DNA of 32,000 bases from Xylanibacter ruminicola 23 (GCF_000025925.1 NC_014033.1:2070001-2102000); one strand, 5' to 3'. Positions 9,586-17,710 are shown, counted from the stretch's first letter. Notes: generated from the sequence alone by a model not told the origin. Translations and numbers: made by a program.

Positions 9586-9641
9586 ATAATTAATAATTAA
9601 TGTTCAATGCTCAATGTTCAACGCTCAATGTTCAATGTCTT
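9586..9641. repeat. Heptad-periodic array (8 units) spanning the GH130 stop and the symporter leader
   Basis: ATAATTA ATAATTA ATGTTCA ATGCTCA ATGTTCA ACGCTCA ATGTTCA ATGTCTT in exact 7-nt phase. Confidence 0.8.
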
Positions 9642-10796
9642 TCTGTTTTTGTCTATCAACTTGTTGATGGTCAAAACAGAAGCCGCGGTATAATAGCCAT
9701 CCTCAGGGGTGTTCATACAGTAATCGATCAGTTTATCGATGGTCGATGTAGCCACGTGCATACGGGTGTCGGCCGAGGCATAGTAGATAAACACCTTACC
9801 ATCCTCGTCGGCAATCCAACCATTCGCAAAAGCCACGTTCATCACGTCGCCATAATACTCGTTACCCTCAGGCACCAGGAAATAGCCACCAGGACGTGCG
9901 ATTACCTTTGTGGGGTCGTCGAGGGCAGTCATATACATATACAGCACGTAGCGCAGACCGTCGGCAGTGGCACGCACACCATGCGCCAGGTGCAACCAGC
10001 CCTTCGGTGTTTTGATGGGGTGCGGACCCTCACCGTTCTTCACCTCGGTGATGGTGTGGTATTTGCGCTCGTAGATAATCTTTTCTTCCTTAATCTCTGC
10101 GTGCGTGATGTCGTCCACCAGCGCCCAACCGATACCGCCGCCGCTACCAGTATCAATAAAACCATCCTGCGGACGGGTGTAGAAAGCGTATTGCCCAGCC
10201 ACAAACTCAGGGTGTAGCACCACATTACGCTGCTGACTCTTGGTTTTCAGGTCAGGTAGTCTATACCAGGTTTTCAGGTCTTTGGTACGGGCGATGCCAG
10301 CAGTGGCTGTGGCAGCACTCAGGTCGCCAGGCTGCGAGTCGTCGTGACGCTCAGCACAGAACACGCCGTATATCCAGCCATCCTCATGCTGTGTCAGTCG
10401 CATATCATAAACATTGGTAGCAGGCACCACATCATCCGGCATGGTGATAGGCTCATCCCAGAAACGGAAATTGTCGATACCATTCTCGCTCTCGGCCACG
10501 GCAAAGTAACTCTTGCGGTCAGCCCCCTCAACACGCACCACCAGACAGTATTTCCCCTGCCATTTAATGGCACCTGCGTTCAGCGTGGCATTACACATAA
10601 TACGCTGCATCAGGTAAGGGTTGTCATGCTCATCAAAGTCGTACTTCCACTCCAGGGGCACATGTTCAGCCGTCACCACCGGGTTCTTGTACTTCTCGTA
10701 AATACCATTTCCCCACTCCAGGGGTTCGTTCTTTCTCGCAAGCAGCTCCTCATGATGTTTTCTCAGAGCCGCTACCTTCTGTTCAAACTCGCTCAT
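9618..10796 (-). CDS. GH130 glycoside phosphorylase, probable 4-O-beta-D-mannosyl-D-glucose phosphorylase
   Basis: 392 aa. The N-terminal region NGIYEKYKNPVVTAEH and overall pattern resemble the GH130 mannosylglucose phosphorylase. Operon context with epimerase, symporter and GH26. Confidence 0.8.
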   Translation of the reverse strand: MSEFEQKVAALRKHHEELLARKNEPLEWGNGIYEKYKNPVVTAEHVPLEWKYDFDEHDNPYLMQRIMCNATLNAGAIKWQGKYCLVVRVEGADRKSYFAVAESENGIDNFRFWDEPITMPDDVVPATNVYDMRLTQHEDGWIYGVFCAERHDDSQPGDLSAATATAGIARTKDLKTWYRLPDLKTKSQQRNVVLHPEFVAGQYAFYTRPQDGFIDTGSGGGIGWALVDDITHAEIKEEKIIYERKYHTITEVKNGEGPHPIKTPKGWLHLAHGVRATADGLRYVLYMYMTALDDPTKVIARPGGYFLVPEGNEYYGDVMNVAFANGWIADEDGKVFIYYASADTRMHVATSTIDKLIDYCMNTPEDGYYTAASVLTINKLIDKNRKTLNIER

Positions 10797-10797
10797 A

Positions 10798-10832
10798 TAA
10801 TGTTTAATGCTTAATTTTTAATGTTTAATATC
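10798..10832. repeat. Heptad-periodic array (5 units) spanning the GH26 stop and the GH130 leader
   Basis: TAATGTT TAATGCT TAATTTT TAATGTT TAATATC. Confidence 0.8.
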
Positions 10833-13127
10833 ATTTAAGAACATCACGTTTTTGGCCTCCTTAAACGCTTTGCGGTAGTCATCCCCACAGGGTGTGCCCG
10901 GCACTGGTCCGAACCATTCCTTCTCGTAGTTACGCCACAACAGGAAATAGCTGATGGGATATTTATCCATCTGCGGTTTCAGCACTCTGCTGAACCATGT
11001 GGCGTCAGGGATATTCTTAAAGCCACACTCCGTCATCGCCAACAGTTTACCGTTATTCTTGGCAAACTGTGTCAGGAATGTCAGGTCGCTGTTCACGGCC
11101 TTGATAAAATCCTGCTCCGAGCCCCACTGATAGGCATCCTCACCTATCAGCGTCACGCGGTCGTTACCCGGGTAGCGCTGCATAAAGCGCTCCAGTGTCC
11201 AGCCACCATCCAGATTAGGTGAGTAGCTCCACAGCAGGTTACTGAACCCACGCGCGTTCATTTCATCCTGTAGCAGGTTCCAAAGCGCCATGAATTCACT
11301 GTCGCTGCACAGTTTCTGTCCCCACCAGAACCACGAGCCGTTGTTCTCGTGCCAGGGTCGGAAGATGATGGGCACTGGCTGTCCGGTTTCATCCTTCAGA
11401 CTTTCGAGGAAGTCGGCCAAGCGGGCCATCCACACTTTAAACAAGTCCGCCTTCACACCACCAGGCAGAATGCTCTTCACCACCTTGTTGCTGGTCACAT
11501 CCCAGGCCGTTCCGCCCGTCAGCGGGTTACGTGGATGCCAACTGATAGTCACCACGCCCCCACGCTTCACATGGGCCAACAGTTCATCGTGTATGCGGGT
11601 AAAGGGCACGCTGTCCAGGTTCTTCTCGTCACCCATCTCTATGCCACCCAGCTCAAAGCCCATCACAGCAGGATAGTCGCCAACGGTCAGCTTCACATCG
11701 CTCTTTCCATCCTCGTAGGCCCAACCGATACCGTAGAACGGATCGTCCTGATGCCCGGCCATGTAACCTTTCTGTTGCAGACTCGTCAATCTGTCGGCCA
11801 ACTGCGTCGCAGTCGTCTGTTTCAACTCTTTCAGCAACCAAGCCTCCCAGGTGTCCCACTGCTCCTGATGCCAGAAGTGCCAGGTAGCCTGATAAGGCTT
11901 TATCTCCTTCGGACCTTTCACGATATTATAGGTAGCCCAGGCACTGGTAGGTGGCACCACATCATCATTATAGCCAAACGAGAACCAGCCCTTCTGCCCC
12001 TCATCAATCAGCCGCGCAAAATTCACCCCATCATAATATCGAGAAGTAGTAATTTTTGTATCATCTAATTCTTCAATTTTTACATTTTTCCATTTTTTAA
12101 TTTTTGCATTTTCATAAAAGTAGTGCGGCCATCCGCAGGCAGCCCCTTTCAACGAGTTGGTATGATCGCAAAGAGCCGCATGCACAGGTGCATAGCAGGT
12201 GATGCGTTTATCCAGTCCAGCTGTCACTAAGGTCAGGAATCCCCCTTGACTCGATCCAGTCACACCAGCCTTCTGTCCGTCCCAGGGTGTGTACTGCTCG
12301 ATATAGTCCATCGCACGGATACAGCCCATAATCACATGGTGATAGTAGTGCTTTTCGCGGTTGTCCATATTAAACTCCCAGTACCCCTGCAGGGCGCCAT
12401 TGCCCAGGTTGTCGTACACCCCTTGCTCCATCGTCACAGGAATGCCGTGGATACCAATCTCCAGGGTTATCACACCTTGCGAGGCCGTATATACATCGCC
12501 ACCATAGGGTCGTACGCCAGCACCAGGCACACGCAACAAGGCCGGATATTTCCCTTCGCGCACAGGCACGCACAATATACCATAGGTACGCGAGCCCCAG
12601 CGTTCGTTGTTAAAGCTCACTTCGTACACGTTTACGTCCTTCGTACAACGCTCAGGCAGCAAACGCTTGGTAGGGTTCAGGTCGGTTTTTCGTGCTTCGG
12701 CAATGCTCTTTTGCCAGAACTGCTCAAAATCCTGTGGCATCACGGTCGATGGTTGCAGTTTCTCCGGACTAAACGCAGCGCCGCATGCCCCGCGGTAATC
12801 CTTGCCATTCACATGGGCAGTCACATCCAGTCGGTAGAATCCCGGTTTCGCCATCGTACCCTGCAGTTTCAGACTACCGTCTTTCAGGGTCACGCTTTTG
12901 CGAATGTCCTGATACATCTCAGGTCCCATCGCATAATCTATAGCAACGTTTTTAAGTAATGTACCCTCCTGGCGCACCTCTACAGTAAAGTTCACCTTTT
13001 CGCCTGTGTTGTATCGCCAGTCAGCATGGTCAGGTTCAACAGTCACCACCACACTATTTCCACGAATCTGTGCCTGCAGCATCACCGCAGTCGCCACACA
13101 AAAAAAGAAAGTAAGCAGTCTTTTCAT
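10818..13127 (-). CDS. Secreted bifunctional protein: CE7/AXE1-like acetyl esterase (N) fused to GH26 beta-mannanase (C)
   Basis: Signal peptide. Esterase nucleophile elbow GSSQGG and distal DDVVPPTS...H region. GH26 catalytic motifs RPWHENNGSWFWWG and MTECGF. Confidence 0.8.
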   Translation of the reverse strand: MKRLLTFFFCVATAVMLQAQIRGNSVVVTVEPDHADWRYNTGEKVNFTVEVRQEGTLLKNVAIDYAMGPEMYQDIRKSVTLKDGSLKLQGTMAKPGFYRLDVTAHVNGKDYRGACGAAFSPEKLQPSTVMPQDFEQFWQKSIAEARKTDLNPTKRLLPERCTKDVNVYEVSFNNERWGSRTYGILCVPVREGKYPALLRVPGAGVRPYGGDVYTASQGVITLEIGIHGIPVTMEQGVYDNLGNGALQGYWEFNMDNREKHYYHHVIMGCIRAMDYIEQYTPWDGQKAGVTGSSQGGFLTLVTAGLDKRITCYAPVHAALCDHTNSLKGAACGWPHYFYENAKIKKWKNVKIEELDDTKITTSRYYDGVNFARLIDEGQKGWFSFGYNDDVVPPTSAWATYNIVKGPKEIKPYQATWHFWHQEQWDTWEAWLLKELKQTTATQLADRLTSLQQKGYMAGHQDDPFYGIGWAYEDGKSDVKLTVGDYPAVMGFELGGIEMGDEKNLDSVPFTRIHDELLAHVKRGGVVTISWHPRNPLTGGTAWDVTSNKVVKSILPGGVKADLFKVWMARLADFLESLKDETGQPVPIIFRPWHENNGSWFWWGQKLCSDSEFMALWNLLQDEMNARGFSNLLWSYSPNLDGGWTLERFMQRYPGNDRVTLIGEDAYQWGSEQDFIKAVNSDLTFLTQFAKNNGKLLAMTECGFKNIPDATWFSRVLKPQMDKYPISYFLLWRNYEKEWFGPVPGTPCGDDYRKAFKEAKNVMFLNDIKH
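12066..12114. repeat. Leader-like 7-8 nt periodic A/T array embedded in frame in the esterase domain
   Basis: (C/A)ATTTTT units recur at about 12076, 12084, 12091, 12099 and 12107. The array encodes ENAKIKKWKNVKIEELDD. Confidence 0.55.
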
Positions 13128-13174
13128 TTTTTAATTATCGATTGTCGTTTTATTTAATTTTAAGTTTACGGCTG

Positions 13175-13182
13175 CAAAGTTA
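13175..13182 (-). promoter_or_regulatory. -7 promoter box TAACTTTG upstream of the mannan operon
   Basis: Plus strand caaagtta, reverse complement TAACTTTG, 48 nt upstream of ATG 13127. Confidence 0.4.
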
Positions 13183-13242
13183 CGACATCTTTCTTAAACT
13201 GCAATACTTTTTTTTGCTCAATCATTACACTTTTCCACCAAT

Positions 13243-13526
13243 CCCCGCTCGTCGGGGCTGTCTGCCCCTTGCCGCTGGGCGTTCCCCGAGTGTTTTAGCA
13301 TGGTATTAGATAAAGGCCCTATGGGCCGCTGCTCAAAGAGCAGCATAAACAATATAGGCCGAAGTCCCGGCCTACCAAAACATAGCATGGATTTGGGTCT
13401 TCCCAAATCCAGGATTTAAGCCCCTTGCCAAAGATTGGCGAGGGGTTTGGAGAGTGGTTTGAAGCCCTCCTTAGGATGAAGGAGGGTTGGGTGGTTGTGA
13501 AAAAAGGGGGTGGGGATTGTATCCCC
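13243..13526. other. Non-coding cluster of at least 8 short GC-rich hairpins (REP-like elements or structured RNA)
   Basis: Stems read directly from the sequence. CCCCG/CGGGG at 13243-13257. GGCCC/GGGCC at 13315-13327. GCTGCTC/GAGCAGC at 13328-13344. AGGCCG/CGGCCT at 13356-13373. GGATTTGGG/CCCAAATCC at 13389-13410. CCCCTTGCCAA/TTGGCGAGGGG at 13421-13445. CCCTCCTT/AAGGAGGG at 13465-13486. GGGGAT/ATCCCC at 13512-13526. Confidence 0.5.
13500..13526 (-). terminator. Possible sodB terminator
   Basis: On the minus strand: GGGGATACAATCCCC, then ACCCCC, then TTTTTT. It starts 10 nt after the sod stop. The T-run is not directly adjacent to the stem. Confidence 0.35.
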
Positions 13527-13535
13527 TGGCAGAAA

Positions 13536-14120
13536 TTATCCAAATCGTTTCTCGATAACCTGCCAGTCAATAATCTGCCACAAGGCAGCGAGATGATCGG
13601 GCCGACGGTTCTGATAATCGAGATAGTAGGCATGCTCCCAGACATCGAAAGTAAGCAACGGTTTCAAGCCCTTCTGCACAGGGTTGGCCGCATTCGTTTC
13701 CTGCGTGATAACCAACTTACCGTCTTTATCAGCAGAGAGCCACACCCATCCAGAACCAAACAACGTAGCCCCGGCTTTCTGGAATGCCTCCTTGAAAGCC
13801 TCAAACGAGCCAAAGTCACGAACGATTGCCTCTGCCACCTTTCCGACAGGCTGATTGTCAGCCTTTGGCGCAGTAAACTGTCCGAAGTACAACTCGTGAT
13901 TCAGTATCTGCCCAGCATTGTTAAGGATACCACCCGTTGCCTGACAAACGATTTCTTCTAATGCCAGGTCGGCCATCGGATTTCCTTCCAGCAAACCATT
14001 CAGGTTATTCACATAAGCCGCCAAGTGCTTCCCGTGATGAAAAGCAATCGTTTCGCGACTAATCACCGGCTCCAAGGCCTCAGGCGCATACGGCAGCGCC
14101 ATTAATTCAAACTTTCCCAT
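13536..14120 (-). CDS. sodB: Fe/Mn superoxide dismutase
   Basis: MGKFELMALPYAPEALEPVISRETIAFHHGKHLAAYVNNLN and C-terminal DVWEHAYYLDYQNRRPDHL are the classic Fe/Mn-SOD signatures. Start trimmed to ATG 14120. Confidence 0.92.
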   Translation of the reverse strand: MGKFELMALPYAPEALEPVISRETIAFHHGKHLAAYVNNLNGLLEGNPMADLALEEIVCQATGGILNNAGQILNHELYFGQFTAPKADNQPVGKVAEAIVRDFGSFEAFKEAFQKAGATLFGSGWVWLSADKDGKLVITQETNAANPVQKGLKPLLTFDVWEHAYYLDYQNRRPDHLAALWQIIDWQVIEKRFG

Positions 14121-14147
14121 ATCGTTTCCATTTATTGGTTTCGGTTG

Positions 14148-14155
14148 CAAATATA
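14148..14155 (-). promoter_or_regulatory. -7 promoter box TATATTTG upstream of sod
   Basis: Plus strand caaatata, reverse complement TATATTTG, 28 nt upstream of ATG 14120. Confidence 0.45.
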
Positions 14156-14195
14156 CGAATTAATTTCTATCCACCAAGAGATTTAAGAAATCTTA

Positions 14196-14236
14196 TAAAA
14201 AAATTGAGCCGCAAGCATTTCTGCCTGCAGCTCAAT
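14196..14236 (-). terminator. Rho-independent terminator after the beta-barrel/PAP2 gene
   Basis: Arms 14203-14216 and 14223-14236 pair at 12 of 14 positions, with a 6-nt loop. On the minus strand the stem is followed by a T7 run (A-run 14197-14203). Confidence 0.6.
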
Positions 14237-14280
14237 TCCTTTTTCCGCGGATGTCAGGGACCTGTCCCCTAGCAGGGGAA

Positions 14281-16059
14281 TTAGAAGTTGTAGGTGACAT
14301 CAACGGTTTGACCGGTGGTGGTGAGGGCAACCTTCGAACCGGAGCCTAAGAGTTTGTCACTCAGGTACCAAGCCAGCTCTGCGGCACCGTAGCCTACAGC
14401 AGCACCGGCAACTACGTCGTACCAGTGGTGCCTGTCGTTAGCCACGCGCTCTATGCCTACAGCTGTGGCTGCAGCATAACCAGCTATGGGAATCCAAATG
14501 CTCTCTTTTCTGAATTCTTTATCAATCGAACGGGCAGCGGCAAACGCCATAGCAGTATGCCCCGATGGGAACGATTTGTTATCCGAATGGTCAGGTCGCT
14601 CCTCTTTTACCATCGCCTTCAGCGCTGTTTTGCCAATATACGCCACACCTACCGATGCAATCGTGTTCACAGCAAACCTGGGCCAGTTATGTCCTGCTAC
14701 AGGCTGTGCATACGCCTTTTTCTTGGTCTCTTCATCACGATAGAACTTGTTTCTGCCCAAGTCATATCTCACACCAAAGTCGATGTCAAAAAAGCCATTA
14801 CTACCAGCCGACACATCCATGCCCGTGGTACTTACGCCCATACCTTCACTGGTAGATACCTGATACCCAGCTGCACCAAACAGGCTCCATTTATCATTCA
14901 GTCGGTAGGTTTCTTCAAGTCCTACGCCCATCAATGGCGATCCCGAGCCCTCCACAAACTGCGTAATAATACCAGCTCTTACATAGCCAGTAGTATGCCA
15001 TTTCCTTTCGGGATCATAGCCAGTTATCACGTTCGTCAGATTCAGCATGGCATCAATGGCGATGGTAGCCAGTCCACCTTTCTTGTAGTTCTGTCGTGGA
15101 TCCTCCACAGGTGGCACCCACTCCACGCTGTTATTCGGAATCAGTCCATTCTCCCACTGCACGCGTCCACGCAGTCCGTATTCCGGTGTAAACCATTTTC
15201 CCAGTGCACCATTCAGTCCAAACGTCATGCCCTTTGGAATCACCTTACCAAAATTGCAACCGTAAGGGTTCATCAGACTCATATCCATGCCCGCCTGTAC
15301 AAACCAGTTGTCCCAAATCCCGTTCGAAAGCACCGAAAGGTCATCTTGCATTTTTGCATTTTTCAATGCTTTAATTTTCCCCAGCTCCACTTGTGCGCCA
15401 ATGCCAAACGTCAGATATCCGTTGCTATTCGATCCTGTACCGGTATCCGCCTTCGACTCCTTTCCCACGAATCCGCTACCAGTCATGATATAAGCAACAT
15501 CACCATACACGCTCCACCTGTCACTGATGCGATACGTGTTCAGCAGACCGATGCCCGCCAACAGCGAGCCTTTGCTTACACCAAAGTTATAGTTGATGCC
15601 AATTCGCGGATACAAACTCGTGTTCCATTTCCTTTCTGGACGATACACGCCAAACAGATTGTGCAGATTCAGCAGCGCATCACCATACACAGCGATGTAA
15701 CCACCTTTGCGGCGATTCTCACCAGGCTGATAAAATGGTGCCAACCAGTTAGCATGTCCATTCTCCAACAGCGGTAATTTGTTTTCCCAATTAAACTTTC
15801 CGCGCACACCCACCTGATGGGTAAACCATTTGCCTACCGCCAAGTCCAGTCCGAACGATTTTCCATTGGGGAACACTTTTGAGAAGTCATATCCGTATGG
15901 GTTCTGCAGCGTCATGTCCAGTCCCATCTGCACAAACCAGTTCTCCCAGAACCCCTCCGTTCTCACCGTTCTTGGTTCCTCCCCCGGCTCAAACACCTGT
16001 GCCTGGGCACCAATGGTCGTCCATGCCAATATTATCGCAAATACAATCTTCTTTATCAT
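14281..16059 (-). CDS. Outer-membrane-type protein: two tandem homologous beta-barrel-like modules fused to a C-terminal PAP2 phosphatase domain
   Basis: Signal peptide. Internal duplication: FWENWFVQMGLDMTLQNPYGYDFSKVFPNGKSFGL versus IWDNWFVQAGMDMSLMNPYGCNFGKVIPKGMTFGL, with further matches downstream. PAP2 motifs KEERP, PSGH and RVANDRHHWYD. Confidence 0.75.
   Translation of the reverse strand: MIKKIVFAIILAWTTIGAQAQVFEPGEEPRTVRTEGFWENWFVQMGLDMTLQNPYGYDFSKVFPNGKSFGLDLAVGKWFTHQVGVRGKFNWENKLPLLENGHANWLAPFYQPGENRRKGGYIAVYGDALLNLHNLFGVYRPERKWNTSLYPRIGINYNFGVSKGSLLAGIGLLNTYRISDRWSVYGDVAYIMTGSGFVGKESKADTGTGSNSNGYLTFGIGAQVELGKIKALKNAKMQDDLSVLSNGIWDNWFVQAGMDMSLMNPYGCNFGKVIPKGMTFGLNGALGKWFTPEYGLRGRVQWENGLIPNNSVEWVPPVEDPRQNYKKGGLATIAIDAMLNLTNVITGYDPERKWHTTGYVRAGIITQFVEGSGSPLMGVGLEETYRLNDKWSLFGAAGYQVSTSEGMGVSTTGMDVSAGSNGFFDIDFGVRYDLGRNKFYRDEETKKKAYAQPVAGHNWPRFAVNTIASVGVAYIGKTALKAMVKEERPDHSDNKSFPSGHTAMAFAAARSIDKEFRKESIWIPIAGYAAATAVGIERVANDRHHWYDVVAGAAVGYGAAELAWYLSDKLLGSGSKVALTTTGQTVDVTYNF
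15346..15380. repeat. Leader-like periodic A/T array embedded in frame at the junction of the two beta-barrel modules
   Basis: TTGCATT TTTGCAT TTTTCAA TGCTTTA ATTTTCC. It encodes GKIKALKNAKMQDD between module 1 and module 2. Confidence 0.55.
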
Positions 16060-16066
16060 TCGCTAA

Positions 16067-16094
16067 CTGTCAATTATCAATTGTCAATTATCAA
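16067..16094. repeat. Heptad-periodic array (4 units) between the sugar transferase and the beta-barrel/PAP2 gene
   Basis: CTGTCAA TTATCAA TTGTCAA TTATCAA. Confidence 0.8.
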
Positions 16095-16095
16095 C

Positions 16096-17571
16096 TTAAT
16101 AAGCATTCTTATCATGAATAAATATCGTTTTAGCTGTTAACCAGATAATGCGGATGTCTAGCCAGATGCTCCAGTGCTCCATATACCAGATGTCACGCTT
16201 CACGCGACCTTCCATCTGCCACAATTCCTTCGTTTCGCCGCGGAATCCCGTTACCTGTGCCCATCCTGTCAAGCCAGGTTTCACAAAATGGCGCACCATA
16301 TACTTATCTATCAGTGCCGAGTACTGCTCTGTATGTGCCAGCATGTGCGGACGCGGACCTACAAAACTCATATCGCCCTTCAGCACATTCAAGAACTGCG
16401 GCAGCTCGTCGATGTTCGTCTTACGCATGAAGTTGCCGAATGGGAATTTGCGCGGGTCGTTCTTCGTTGCCTGCAGTCGGTCGGCATCCTTATTCACGTG
16501 CATCGATCTGAATTTCAGCATCATAAATGTCTTGCCGTCGATACCTGTACGCGCCTGTTTAAAGAAGAGCGGACCTGGGCTCTGAATCTTGATTATCAGC
16601 CAGATAAATGGGAACATCAATGCCGTCGGAATCAGGAACACCAGCGAACACACGATATCAAACAGTCGCTTCACTGCTCTGTTACAGATATTCTCCAGAG
16701 GATTCTCGTAGGTGGTAAACACCTCCATATCATCCAGCATCTCACGTTTCAGGTTCAAGCCGATATACTCCACGCTCACAGGCACATAGTAAAACCTGAT
16801 CACCTTATGGTCGCAGAATCTCGAGATACGTTTGATGATATCTCGATCGCGACGCGACAAGCTCACATACATCTCATCCCCCAGCTTCAGCTCCTCAGGG
16901 TTCTCTTTCATCAGTCGCATAAAATCCTGCAGCGTGCCCAGATGTGTCAGCGTCTTATTCTTATCCTCCTCTACTGCGGCATTCTCATCGGCCTCTATTC
17001 CACTATCTTTTTTGTGCGAGTGCGTCCAGTCGCCCAATGGCTCATCGGCATAATAGCCCAGCACTTTATATCCCATGGTCTGGTCGCTGATCAGTTTCCG
17101 GTAAAGGTTCACCAGTTCCGGGTCGTTACCCACCAGCGTCACTATTCTGGTGTTTCTACCCGCCTGGCGGTATAACTTCACAAACCAGCGTTCTGCAAAT
17201 CGTTTAAAAAGCAGACATACAAAGAAGGCCGTTCCAAGCCAGAACTGCAGCCATCCTACAGGCAGATGGTAGTCAAACACCCTCACCAGCACAAAAGCAA
17301 GCACACACTGCAGTGCCGATAGTCCTACTGTTCGTTGCACAACATCTCCACTACTCACCAGTCGTTGATGAATGATGGTACAATATCTCAGTTGGCTCAA
17401 TATCAGCGCAATATTGTTCACAAGGATAAATATTTCCAAGCCTCTGTCTGGCCAATGCTCAACCCGCCAAGAGTGCCATGCTCCTGCCAATATAATCGCG
17501 TTCAGCAACACAAAGTCGCCTATAATCACCAGCCACTTGATTAATTCGTTTGATTGATTATTACTTCTCAT
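16096..17571 (-). CDS. Polyprenyl-phosphate hexose-1-phosphate transferase (WbaP/WcaJ bacterial sugar transferase family)
   Basis: N-terminal TM bundle. C-terminal sugar-transferase core KRLFDIVCSLVFL...PGPLFFKQARTGIDGKTFMMLKFRSM...DELPQFLNVLKGDMSFVGPRP. Confidence 0.85.
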   Translation of the reverse strand: MRSNNQSNELIKWLVIIGDFVLLNAIILAGAWHSWRVEHWPDRGLEIFILVNNIALILSQLRYCTIIHQRLVSSGDVVQRTVGLSALQCVLAFVLVRVFDYHLPVGWLQFWLGTAFFVCLLFKRFAERWFVKLYRQAGRNTRIVTLVGNDPELVNLYRKLISDQTMGYKVLGYYADEPLGDWTHSHKKDSGIEADENAAVEEDKNKTLTHLGTLQDFMRLMKENPEELKLGDEMYVSLSRRDRDIIKRISRFCDHKVIRFYYVPVSVEYIGLNLKREMLDDMEVFTTYENPLENICNRAVKRLFDIVCSLVFLIPTALMFPFIWLIIKIQSPGPLFFKQARTGIDGKTFMMLKFRSMHVNKDADRLQATKNDPRKFPFGNFMRKTNIDELPQFLNVLKGDMSFVGPRPHMLAHTEQYSALIDKYMVRHFVKPGLTGWAQVTGFRGETKELWQMEGRVKRDIWYMEHWSIWLDIRIIWLTAKTIFIHDKNAY

Positions 17572-17607
17572 TCTTATCCCTAAAAGTTTGCTTTAAGTTA
17601 TTGGCGG

Positions 17608-17615
17608 CAAAGGTA
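17608..17615 (-). promoter_or_regulatory. -7 promoter box TACCTTTG upstream of the sugar transferase gene
   Basis: Plus strand caaaggta, reverse complement TACCTTTG, 37 nt upstream of ATG 17571. Confidence 0.4.
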
Positions 17616-17710
17616 CTGCTATTTTTGCGAAAAACTAAATTTTCATTAAAGTTTTTCCATTATTTAACCAAACTTCGACTGAATTCACCTAAAAATTGTT
17701 TAAATCACAC

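Noticed and set aside
9586-9641. Tandem short repeats considered as a CRISPR array or minisatellite
   Set aside because: The units are only 7 nt and there are no spacers, so this is not CRISPR. They are reported instead as periodic leader arrays.
13218-13961. ORFs 13218-13406, 13319-13645 and 13425-13961 in and around the hairpin-rich spacer
   Set aside because: The translations are Gly/Pro/Leu low-complexity. Two of them overlap sod in another frame or strand. The palindromic DNA generates open frames by chance.
11349-17175. Plus-strand ORFs 11349-12068, 12246-12959, 14425-15777 and 16174-17175
   Set aside because: Each is nested antisense within a well-supported minus-strand gene (GH26 fusion, beta-barrel/PAP2, sugar transferase). 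I treat them as shadow ORFs.
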